A DNA stretch of 20,599 nt from a virus (taxonomy: Duplodnaviria > Heunggongvirae > Uroviricota > Caudoviricetes): IMG/VR virus record IMGVR_UViG_3300049825_000338, positions 1 through 20,599 of that record; one strand, 5' to 3'. A program made the position numbers and the translations under genes. Each line of letters starts with the position of its first letter. The first letter of the stretch is position 1. The notes beneath the pieces are model-generated. The model worked only from the letters and a program-made list of their open reading frames with translations, was not told the DNA's origin and ran no database searches. Positions 12,786 to 20,599 of the stretch are shown one piece after another.

Positions 12786-15149
12786 CTAAATCGGACGAGC
12801 TTCTCCAAAATTAGGTCCAATCCACGGAGTGACAACACATAAACAGCCTCGATGATCACCCGGACTCATGTACTCACGCTTGAGGAATCTGTAGGACTTC
12901 TCATCGGGCACGCGTAGCTCTTCATCAGTTTCGGTTCGAAACACCAAACCATCCAGCTGAATGTGAGGGTTAAATGACCCGTGAGGGCGACGAAGATTAG
13001 GCGAGTAAACCCACAACCATCCATCAATTCCTACGCCTAGCTGCTGCAAATACTCATTGACAATTCGTCCTGTAGCAGCACCTACCGGGAAGATAGAGGC
13101 GCTAGTCGATCCACCGCCAGCAATTTGGATGGCCTTACGGATATCACCAGGAGGAACCTGTAGACCATCAACTGAAGCCTCGCCTTCCGCTGATACCGGA
13201 ATACCGGCGTATAACCGCTCTCTGAGAAGGTCAATGAACGTTGCCAAGAAAGAAGCTTCGGCTGAAATTCTTGATTGTTCAACGATTGGAAGAAGATGCT
13301 TATAACCAATAGATTCAGTATCCGAATCAAAGTTAGACTCAATCAGCGACAACGCAGTAGTGACGGTTGTCTGACCGTATTCTGCTGCCTCAGCAGCCAC
13401 TTTGGAGAGATCAGCTCGAAGAAGATTGTCTTCGTTTAAGCCAATTTCTTGCATGCGCAGCATGTTGAGATATTCAGGAAGAAGAGCGTTGTCAACCCCC
13501 TTGTACTGCGCTGATTCCGTAGCGGTCAGCTTAGATCGCGCACGAGCGCCAAGACGTTCGGCCGTCCGCTTCAGCCCTGCTTCTGCCAGAACTCTTACCT
13601 GGTTAGTTAGTGAGATATCTAGCAGCGCTAGTTGTCGACTTACTGATTCAGCAGCCGAAGCGGTTATCGAACCAGGTTTGGCACCCGAAGACGGTCCGGA
13701 ACTTACCCGACGCATCGTTGATGTTTTCTGGGGATTAGCATTTACACCACCAACGGTGCTCCCTGGAGGGGTGTGTCCAGTCAGGGAGCCGTTAGGTCGC
13801 CCCCCGGCACCACCGCCCATAGGATCAGGTGGAGGAGTGGGTACGCCAGTAATGGCCATTTGCGGATCAGCTAGCTTCAGACCAACGCGCTTCGCTCGCT
13901 CTTCATCAGAAGGTTTAGCCTCTTGAGGAACACCAAGAGCTTCACGCAAATATTCATCGGAAGCAGCGAGACGATCGTATGCTTGAATAACTGCATCGGC
14001 CTTATCAGGCTGCACAATGAGCTTGCTGGCGTCGTACCACACAATGTAATCGCTGGCATCAGTAATTCCAGCACGGTTAAGGACCGGATTCAGATAACCA
14101 GTTGTCAATGAGTCACAGATAAGCTCAACAAATGGCTGGAAGTGAGCCGAAAAGGCGTCTTCCTTAACTACCCAGGCAGTCCAGTGATTAAGGTCTCCAA
14201 GACCAAGCAGGAAATCGGTAGGCAAGTCAATAGCAACGGCGATGCGTTTAATGGCCGACTCTCTCAATGCATTGGCAAGTTTGTCAAGAGGGCGTTCTAG
14301 CGTAATATATCGGATGGCTGATCCGTATTCGGCTGGACCGAAGATCATGATAGGTACGAGGTTGGACGGATGACCCTCATCCTTTGACGCTGCCATAAGA
14401 GCTTCCGCAATCCCCTTGTAAAGTGGGTTTGCATCAATTGGGTTAGGATTTCGGTCCTGCGTCTGCTGTGCTGGAGGAACTAGTTCTTGGGGTATGAATA
14501 GGATTCCTGACGAAGCAAATCTTGATCGAACCGCAGCCTTTTCGGCCTTTGAGATCATGAGCAACTTTTCGCAGTCGTCTTGAACGGTGCGCATAGCACT
14601 GTCCGCAAGGCGCGACCACCGAGGATGCGGTTTCCATACTCGCATCACAAGGGTTTCAAGAGGAACGTCAATAGGAGTCAAATATGGAGCTTCACGAATC
14701 TGCGCCTGAGGAATGTTTGTTCCGATGTGTGATGTGCCTGTGAATCTGATCTCGTCAATAGACCTAACTTCCCAGTGATCGCCGCCGACAATGTAAGCTT
14801 CCCCGGTGACGAAGATGTTTACGGCTAAGTCACGAAGAAGTCCGCGTTGCGTTCCAGTTGCGTCGACAAACTCGTTCATCGCACCGGCAACGTTACCCTC
14901 GGTCAGCTCCAACGGAGGGGCGTTGCTCTTCGGCCGTTTAGCTACAAACAACCTAATTCGTGCTAAGGCATTACCAAACAGATCAGCAGCCGATCTTATT
15001 TCAGGAACTAGATCATAGTAAACCCAAGCCTGACCTTGCCATTCCTGTTTTGCAGCTCGTGCATCTGGAACTTTCGTCCAGACATCAATCATCTGAGGCG
15101 CAGCCGCAGCCGCAGTTAGTACTTCGGGTGTTAGTTTGTTACGCGCCAT
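12786..15149 (-). CDS. Portal protein with a C-terminal MuF/head-morphogenesis-like extension
   Basis: W.YYD.VPE...RLF...VTGE...W.PHPR...ADS...SGILFIP.E...LG...NHWTAW portal-like region; ends with W...H..LDG...PGDHRGCLC. Confidence 0.8.
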   Translation of the reverse strand: MARNKLTPEVLTAAAAAPQMIDVWTKVPDARAAKQEWQGQAWVYYDLVPEIRSAADLFGNALARIRLFVAKRPKSNAPPLELTEGNVAGAMNEFVDATGTQRGLLRDLAVNIFVTGEAYIVGGDHWEVRSIDEIRFTGTSHIGTNIPQAQIREAPYLTPIDVPLETLVMRVWKPHPRWSRLADSAMRTVQDDCEKLLMISKAEKAAVRSRFASSGILFIPQELVPPAQQTQDRNPNPIDANPLYKGIAEALMAASKDEGHPSNLVPIMIFGPAEYGSAIRYITLERPLDKLANALRESAIKRIAVAIDLPTDFLLGLGDLNHWTAWVVKEDAFSAHFQPFVELICDSLTTGYLNPVLNRAGITDASDYIVWYDASKLIVQPDKADAVIQAYDRLAASDEYLREALGVPQEAKPSDEERAKRVGLKLADPQMAITGVPTPPPDPMGGGAGGRPNGSLTGHTPPGSTVGGVNANPQKTSTMRRVSSGPSSGAKPGSITASAAESVSRQLALLDISLTNQVRVLAEAGLKRTAERLGARARSKLTATESAQYKGVDNALLPEYLNMLRMQEIGLNEDNLLRADLSKVAAEAAEYGQTTVTTALSLIESNFDSDTESIGYKHLLPIVEQSRISAEASFLATFIDLLRERLYAGIPVSAEGEASVDGLQVPPGDIRKAIQIAGGGSTSASIFPVGAATGRIVNEYLQQLGVGIDGWLWVYSPNLRRPHGSFNPHIQLDGLVFRTETDEELRVPDEKSYRFLKREYMSPGDHRGCLCVVTPWIGPNFGEARPI

Positions 15150-15291
15150 TTACAGTCGTTTCTTCGGTCTTATTAGGTTCTTCCGGCGCATACGCAGTAC
15201 CTAATAGTGTTTGTGGCAGTACTGCCACCACAGGAGACCCAGGAACAGGTTTATCTCTGAATAATTTAGATCGTTGTCCGCAGCAAGGCAT
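15139..15291 (-). CDS. Small hypothetical protein, 50 aa (MPCCGQRSKLF...TVNGA)
   Basis: Translated by hand; fills the gap between DUF1360-like gene and portal; its stop overlaps the portal start by 11 nt; not in the ORF track. Confidence 0.5.
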   Translation of the reverse strand: MPCCGQRSKLFRDKPVPGSPVVAVLPQTLLGTAYAPEEPNKTEETTVNGA

Positions 15292-15316
15292 GGTCGTTGT
15301 CAATTATGCCGTAGAA

Positions 15317-15775
15317 TCAGTGTGATTCGTGACCTGCGATGATGCCTACAAGAGCTGCCAGCGCCCAAGGCATTGCGACGTACAGGACCCCAATCGGCCA
15401 AAGCAGCCAGCCAACGTAGGCAAGAACTGAAACCCAGAACCCGGTACACCAGTCGCAAGACGTCAATTCTCCAAGCCAGTGACCACGATTTACGTACCAC
15501 CTTTCCGCTTCGCCTCCGGTAGTAGCTGGCATGGACTTGTAACGATTCTTTAGTTCAGCGGGCTTACCTTTAATCCACCGAAAGGTGACCAGCCAGTGAA
15601 AGAATCGACGCGACGTTCGTCCTTCTCTGGTCACATAAAGACCGGCATACGGCCATCTATCATGAAGGCGGTACCGCAGCGGCTCAGTGATGGAATCTCT
15701 GGTGATTAGCCTTGTGACTCTAAATGCGGCAAGAGAAAGGACAATAAGCGCCATGAACGATAGTGAAGTAATCAT
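15317..15775 (-). CDS. DUF1360-like membrane protein
   Basis: AAFRVTRLITRDSITEPLR and LGELTSCDWCTGFWVS motifs with hydrophobic segments. Confidence 0.75.
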   Translation of the reverse strand: MITSLSFMALIVLSLAAFRVTRLITRDSITEPLRYRLHDRWPYAGLYVTREGRTSRRFFHWLVTFRWIKGKPAELKNRYKSMPATTGGEAERWYVNRGHWLGELTSCDWCTGFWVSVLAYVGWLLWPIGVLYVAMPWALAALVGIIAGHESH

Positions 15776-15841
15776 CAGAAGTAAACCTTAGTCGTTAATT
15801 GAGGTTCGGAACATTAATCGTGTCCTATGGTGGTGATCAAC

Positions 15842-17185
15842 ATGAACCCGGCATTACCAGACGACTGGTCTCTTTGGCCCGAAGAGAAGAAGAAGAAATT
15901 CCTAGAACGAATCAAATATGACTGGGAACTTTGGGCGCGACCTGAGCAATTGCCACCGGACGATGATTCTTGGAAAATTTATTTTGTGGCATCTGGTCGA
16001 GGCTTCGGCAAGACCAGGATGGGTGCCGAATGGGTACGTAGAAAGGCTTTACGTAATCCCGGCGTACGAATTGAAGCAATAGCTCCAACGTATTCTGGCC
16101 TAAGAGATGTCTGCTTTAACGGAGACAGCGGACTATTGAATATCTGCGCTCCGGGCGAGATTTTGAAATACAACAAGTCTCTTCACCAAATTGACTTCAA
16201 GAACGGTTCACAGGTTCAAGGTTTTTCGGCAGGAGAACCCGAAAAGTTTCGTGGTCCTCAGTTTCACTATGCCTGGATGGACGAGTTAGTGGCTTGGAAA
16301 TACCCGCGAGAAGTGTGGGACCAGGTAATGTTTGGTCTTCGTCTCGGTACTCATCCGCAGGTCATGGTTACGACCACACCTAAACCTACTGAGTTGATTG
16401 TCGAATTGATCAATCGTTCAGCAGACCCAACTTCCGGATTAGTAGTAGTCAAGGGATCGACTTTCGATAACTCGGCAAACCTAGCCCCAGCGGCTCTTGA
16501 TGAACTGCGAAGACGCTACGAAGGCACATCACTAGGTCGTCAGGAACTTTACGGTGAACTGCTTCTAGACTCCTCTTCCGCTCTCTGGACTCGCGAACTT
16601 ATCGAAACTTATCGTATCAACGAGGACTCGCTCCCTCCTCTTACACGAGTCATTGTAGCGGTCGACCCGTCCTTTGGTTTCCATCCTAATGAGACGCTGG
16701 AAGACGCAACGGCACTGACGCCATGTACCGGAATCATTGTAGTTGGCAAAGACAAAGAGGGTCATGCCTATATTCTTGAAGATGCTTCCGTCCTTAACCC
16801 TACGCCTGACCAATGGGCAAAGGCCGCAGTCGCTTCATACCACAAGCACAAGGCTGACAAGATTATCTTTGAACGAAACCACGGTGGAGCGATGGTCGAG
16901 TACACCATCAGAACAACGTGGCAGAACGCTCCACTAAAGTCGGTGCACGCCACTCGTGGCAAGCTAGTGCGGTCTGAGCCGGTTGCTGCTTTGACAGAGC
17001 AGGGAAAGATTCACTTCGTCGGCAACCACCCAATGCTCGAAGATCAGTTAACTTCCTGGGACGCATCGTCAAACTGGTCACCAGACAGAATGGACGCCTT
17101 TGTCTGGGGCGTCACCGAATTATGCCTTGACGGTGGATTTGGTGAAATATGGACCCCGAATCCAGCCGAATTAGGCTGGTTATGA
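15842..17185 (+). CDS. terL: Terminase large subunit
   Basis: Walker A SGRGFGKTR, Walker B RGPQFHYAWMDE, VTTTPKP, nuclease VAVDPS and SPDRMDA; GGTGGTG RBS favors ATG 15842 over 15827. Confidence 0.95.
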   Translation: MNPALPDDWSLWPEEKKKKFLERIKYDWELWARPEQLPPDDDSWKIYFVASGRGFGKTRMGAEWVRRKALRNPGVRIEAIAPTYSGLRDVCFNGDSGLLNICAPGEILKYNKSLHQIDFKNGSQVQGFSAGEPEKFRGPQFHYAWMDELVAWKYPREVWDQVMFGLRLGTHPQVMVTTTPKPTELIVELINRSADPTSGLVVVKGSTFDNSANLAPAALDELRRRYEGTSLGRQELYGELLLDSSSALWTRELIETYRINEDSLPPLTRVIVAVDPSFGFHPNETLEDATALTPCTGIIVVGKDKEGHAYILEDASVLNPTPDQWAKAAVASYHKHKADKIIFERNHGGAMVEYTIRTTWQNAPLKSVHATRGKLVRSEPVAALTEQGKIHFVGNHPMLEDQLTSWDASSNWSPDRMDAFVWGVTELCLDGGFGEIWTPNPAELGWL

Positions 17186-17499
17186 CGTTGGAATGGCGAG
17201 ATCGGGCGGCGTGCGCTGGACTAGATATGGCACTTTTTTATCCCGAAGTCTGTGGAGATGAGGTTCCTGAAGGTGACGTGTGCGAACCGGATGACGGACT
17301 TCGTGGCGGTACCGTTGACTTTTACGCGGAGGGAAAGAAAACCTGTGCAGGTTGTCCAGTAAGGCTGGACTGTCTAAGTCATGCTGTGGAGGAGAAAGAG
17401 AGGTACGGTCTTTGGGGAGGACTAAGCCCGCTGGAGCGCAGAAGAATTGATAGACGTCAAAGACGTCAAAGACTTAAAGAAAAACGTTCGATGGCTTAG
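17182..17499 (+). CDS. whiB: WhiB-family transcription factor
   Basis: WRDRAAC...C-x2-C-x5-C...YGLWGGLSPLERR; ATGA overlap with the terminase stop. Confidence 0.92.
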   Translation: MTLEWRDRAACAGLDMALFYPEVCGDEVPEGDVCEPDDGLRGGTVDFYAEGKKTCAGCPVRLDCLSHAVEEKERYGLWGGLSPLERRRIDRRQRRQRLKEKRSMA

Positions 17500-17794
17500 A
17501 CGGTTTATGGGTCTTAATTTTGTCCATAACGTAGGAACGAGAAGCGTGAGCCACTGAAAGTCGACCATCATTACTACGACCAATAAAGATTCCACCTGGG
17601 TCTTGGCGAACTTCCCCAATTTTCTGACCTTTAGCGTTCTTGATAGGTTGGTAACGGAGCTTCGCAGGAAGGCCTTTAGTAGATTTATAGGTGCCGGTTG
17701 ATGAACCGCCAGTTCCGCCAGAAGTGGGTGGCCTACAAGATGCCGAGTAGCACGCAAATGCTATGATTTCTGAAGAAAGAAATTTATTAGGCAT
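17474..17794 (-). CDS. Small basic protein, NKFL/CxxxxCxPP paralog 4
   Basis: MPNKFLSSEIIAFACYSASCRPPTSGGTGGS; start overlaps the upstream gene's end. Confidence 0.8.
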   Translation of the reverse strand: MPNKFLSSEIIAFACYSASCRPPTSGGTGGSSTGTYKSTKGLPAKLRYQPIKNAKGQKIGEVRQDPGGIFIGRSNDGRLSVAHASRSYVMDKIKTHKPSKPSNVFL

Positions 17795-18143
17795 TTTCAG
17801 TCATAGCCTTGCTGGCCCGAGCGTTCTTCTTACCGCCATTGGCGTGAAGACGTGCTCCGTACTTGGCAAGTGATGACTTAGCAATACTGTTGGTGTCCTT
17901 AGCTCGCTGACCTGACTTGATGTACCTAGCAATTGCCTCTGAGCGGCCCTTCATATGACCAGAGTGCGCACGCTTCACACCGCGAGAACCTGGCTTCATT
18001 TTGCCAAAGTGTCGTGCACCTGCCCCACGAGGGTATGAGCCGCCGTTTGGTGGAATGCATCCAGCTTGATTGCAGCCAGCACGGAAAGATTCAGAATCTT
18101 CAATCAAAACCGACATAGCGGCGTCAAGGAACTTATTGCTCAT
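17787..18143 (-). CDS. Small basic protein, NKFL/CxxxxCxPP paralog 3 (divergent)
   Basis: MSNKFL...FRAGCNQAGCIPPNGGS; Lys/Arg-rich C-terminus. Confidence 0.75.
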   Translation of the reverse strand: MSNKFLDAAMSVLIEDSESFRAGCNQAGCIPPNGGSYPRGAGARHFGKMKPGSRGVKRAHSGHMKGRSEAIARYIKSGQRAKDTNSIAKSSLAKYGARLHANGGKKNARASKAMTENA

Positions 18144-18163
18144 AGTGGCTCTATCGTACCACT
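18144..18163 (-). promoter_or_regulatory. Candidate extended -10 promoter (AGTGG-TACGAT-N9-ATG)
   Basis: Matches the element upstream of the protease gene, including ACT before ATG. Confidence 0.5.
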
Positions 18164-18581
18164 AGCCGAAATATCCTACTGACGAGTCATGTAAGCGCTT
18201 TTCTCGTGATCGTGCCATGTTAGAAATTAGTTGCTGAGAGGCACTGTCACTATAAATTCCAACACGAGTAACGGCATCGTTATGCTGAAAGACTTTAGTC
18301 GCAATTTTTCCCGTTTCTGGGTTGATGCTGGCTATGCGAATAGACGTTCTTGTTGGCCCAGGAGACGACAGAAAAACTCTGTGAGGCGCACCCTTACCGA
18401 GACTGATAGCGTCATCGACGTTGATGTACGTAGCGGCAACAGACTTACGAGCACTAGACTGAAGTGCACCTGCTCTGTTAACCGTGGTGGATGAGCCTCC
18501 TGTGCCTCCTGACGTAGGGGGGCGACAAGTTGCTGAATAACAGGCAAACGCCACAACCTGAGGAGTCAGGAACTTGTTCAA
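18162..18581 (-). CDS. Small basic protein, NKFL/CxxxxCxPP paralog 2
   Basis: TTG start at 18581, one nt after the upstream TAA, gives NKFLTPQVVAFACYSATCRPPTSGGTGGS, aligned with the paralogs. Confidence 0.8.
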   Translation of the reverse strand: MNKFLTPQVVAFACYSATCRPPTSGGTGGSSTTVNRAGALQSSARKSVAATYINVDDAISLGKGAPHRVFLSSPGPTRTSIRIASINPETGKIATKVFQHNDAVTRVGIYSDSASQQLISNMARSREKRLHDSSVGYFG

Positions 18582-18582
18582 G

Positions 18583-19020
18583 TTACTTCTTTCCGTATGC
18601 CGTTTCAAATGCTTTTGCAGCAGCTTTACGCTCAGCCGACCCGCGATCGAGTCGCGTCAGTTTAATAAGGTCTTGAGCACGATTGCCAGTAGTCTTGTAT
18701 TCACCACGGAGCGCCTTGGACCCGTCTTTGTTAGCATTTACCTTACGTCCTGGAGCACTTGGTGCCTTCTTCTTACCGTAGGCCTCCTCGAACATCTTCG
18801 CTGCGGCCTTACGTTCGGATGATCCTCGATCTAGCCGAGTCAATTTAATGGCGTCCGCTGCCTTGTTTCCAGTTGTCTTAAATGGGCTACGAAGCTGCTT
18901 CGACCCATCTTTATTGGCGTTTCGTCCAGAAGACGAGCCACCCTTTCCAACGGGAGGAGGGGCGCAAGCTGCTGCATGACAGGCAAAGGCAATAATTTCT
19001 CGGGTCAGGAACTTATTCAC
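18583..19020 (-). CDS. Small basic protein, NKFL/CxxxxCxPP paralog 1, with a duplicated 51-aa domain
   Basis: GTG start; MNKFLTREIIAFACHAAACAPPPVGKGGS followed by two Lys/Arg-rich repeats. Confidence 0.85.
   Translation of the reverse strand: MNKFLTREIIAFACHAAACAPPPVGKGGSSSGRNANKDGSKQLRSPFKTTGNKAADAIKLTRLDRGSSERKAAAKMFEEAYGKKKAPSAPGRKVNANKDGSKALRGEYKTTGNRAQDLIKLTRLDRGSAERKAAAKAFETAYGKK
18586..18921 (-). repeat. Intragenic duplication of a 51-aa unit
   Basis: Residues 34-84 and 95-145; 41 of 51 identical by manual alignment. Confidence 0.9.
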
Positions 19021-19032
19021 GGTGTGCCTATA

Positions 19033-20599
19033 TTACCTGATAGGGCAAGCGCCTGATGAGCAGTCGTCCATGTCCGGTATCAGAGCCTCAGTTCCAGACC
19101 AGTCTATTGCTCTGATGCTGCCGGACCTATTCATGAACTCCGACTCGCTGATCGGTTCATACGGCGCTAGTCGGAAACCATGGTCGGAGTATGGCAGAAA
19201 CGAAACGCACTTCAACTGATCCCAGTTCTCTCCCAGCCATGACTTGATAGTAGGAAGTTCTTCCGGTTTGAACGTTACGGTCACAGAAACCGCCTGATCA
19301 GCCCACTCACGCTGTACGCGGGCGGCGACCTCCAACTGGTCTACTGCTGTGAACTGATCCGAAGTAGGGGTTCCTATAGGTGTCTTCACAACAAACTCGG
19401 CTACCTTATGACCCTGCTTCACTGAACCATCGAAGTTTTCGTCATCAACGATACGAACGCCAGCGGCAGCAAGAGCTTTCACAGCTGGGTTGTAGTCTAA
19501 TAATCGAACACGACGGATGTACTGATCAGCATAGGCTGCATGAATGCCGGACGTGCAGCCAGATAGCAGGCTTACAGTGCCCTCGGGCTTGACGGCAGTC
19601 AGCCGCACGGACTCCGGTCGTCCAGTTTTCTTAGACCACTGCTTATCCACGATGCGCAGAGCGCTGTAGATGTCAGGCATCCACTCTCGCTGGGCCTCTG
19701 TCGCTTGTAGATAGCCAGTCATTGACAGACCTAAACGTGAATCGCCGTTCATGCGGCGCTGTGTGGCCTCGTGAGGGTGTGGTAGTGCTGAGATAGCCTT
19801 CTGAACCTTGTAGAGCAGTGTGGCGGCATCTAGCGCTTCGTCAAACGTGCTCAGGTTAGGTAGATGAAGCGTGGCGAGATTGCATGATCCATATTTTGGA
19901 AGGCTAGCCTCACCGCACGGATTATAAATTTCGATGGTGTCTTCACGAATAACAGGCTCGCCAGTCCGACCAAACTGTGAAGACTTGGCTAGGTCAACTA
20001 TGCCGAAAGGCTCGCCATCGGCGTAGGTCTGCCAGAAGTCAGTTCCGAGTCCAGATGGGTCACCAGTATTGACTGAGAAGTTGGCCTGCGAACGCCAGCC
20101 TGGAATGTCGCCCTGACTCCACCGCTTAGCACCGAGGTAGTCCGTGTCATCATGTGAACCTAGAGCAAGCTGCGCCGATCTACGCTTTGAACCGGCAACA
20201 ACCAGACGACCAACAATGTTCATGATGTCCGATAGGTCAATGGACCGTAAGTGCTTTCCTGCACGTGCGTTTATAACCGCAGCTATATCCCTAACGCCGT
20301 CTATAAGCGGAAGCGGACCTGACGCTGTTCCGCCGAACGTGCGAAGTGGTGCCCCTTGCGGACGCAACGATGCTGTATTGAACTTAAGGGTTCCGCCATA
20401 CAGACAGGTCTCTACAGTCTCTCCAACAAGTTCTGCCCACGCTTCCCGCGTGTCTTCTAGTGTCCATGCGTCGAAGTCGGTTGAATGCACAACTTCACCG
20501 CCAGCCACCATTGGCCACTTGTCTACATGCACGTTCTCGACTGAGTAGCCGACTCCTCCGCCTACCATGAGGCGGTTCGTGGCCCAGATAAAGTCTTCC
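19033..20599 (-). CDS. nrdJ: Class II (adenosylcobalamin-dependent) ribonucleotide reductase, 5'-partial
   Basis: GGGVGYS, LR.FGG.ASGP.PL, NPCGE, SCNL, VKPEGTVSLL and C-terminal DCSSGACPIR; frame is open to the window edge (EDFIWATNRLM...). Confidence 0.93.
   Translation of the reverse strand, partial: EDFIWATNRLMVGGGVGYSVENVHVDKWPMVAGGEVVHSTDFDAWTLEDTREAWAELVGETVETCLYGGTLKFNTASLRPQGAPLRTFGGTASGPLPLIDGVRDIAAVINARAGKHLRSIDLSDIMNIVGRLVVAGSKRRSAQLALGSHDDTDYLGAKRWSQGDIPGWRSQANFSVNTGDPSGLGTDFWQTYADGEPFGIVDLAKSSQFGRTGEPVIREDTIEIYNPCGEASLPKYGSCNLATLHLPNLSTFDEALDAATLLYKVQKAISALPHPHEATQRRMNGDSRLGLSMTGYLQATEAQREWMPDIYSALRIVDKQWSKKTGRPESVRLTAVKPEGTVSLLSGCTSGIHAAYADQYIRRVRLLDYNPAVKALAAAGVRIVDDENFDGSVKQGHKVAEFVVKTPIGTPTSDQFTAVDQLEVAARVQREWADQAVSVTVTFKPEELPTIKSWLGENWDQLKCVSFLPYSDHGFRLAPYEPISESEFMNRSGSIRAIDWSGTEALIPDMDDCSSGACPIR

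Noticed and set aside
10835-15325. Antisense or alternative-frame ORFs within capsid, protease and portal (e.g. 10835-11218, 13402-13926, 14960-15325)
   Set aside because: Shadow ORFs of strongly supported minus-strand genes, with no motifs

Overview
Fragment of a large tailed dsDNA phage genome; the WhiB gene and the style of head module point to an actinobacterial host. 1-5007 (+): a dense RNA-gene island. It holds 31 tRNA or tRNA-like genes covering 19 amino acids (no Tyr in the window), one circularly permuted tRNA-mimic Y RNA (YrlA-like, 4402-4540), three tandem Y RNA-like units lacking the tRNA domain (1142-1453), several strongly folded spacers, an HNH endonuclease whose ends overlap two tRNA-Gly genes, and a secreted Cys-containing protein. 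5041-5556 (+): a second HNH. 5553-15775 (-): a head module: DUF1360-like membrane protein, small ORF, portal with a MuF-like C-terminal extension, maturation protease, major capsid protein, a probable second capsid protein, six small virion/decoration-like genes. 15842-17499 (+): large terminase and WhiB, divergent from the head genes. 17474-19020 (-): four tandem small basic paralogs sharing an N-terminal NKFL...C-x4-C-x-PP...GGS module. 19033-end (-): partial class II ribonucleotide reductase. Best leads: the four-member Y RNA family inside the tRNA array, and the paralog cassette that looks like capsid-targeted internal proteins. All RNA folds were paired by eye and all family assignments come from recalled motifs; no searches were run.
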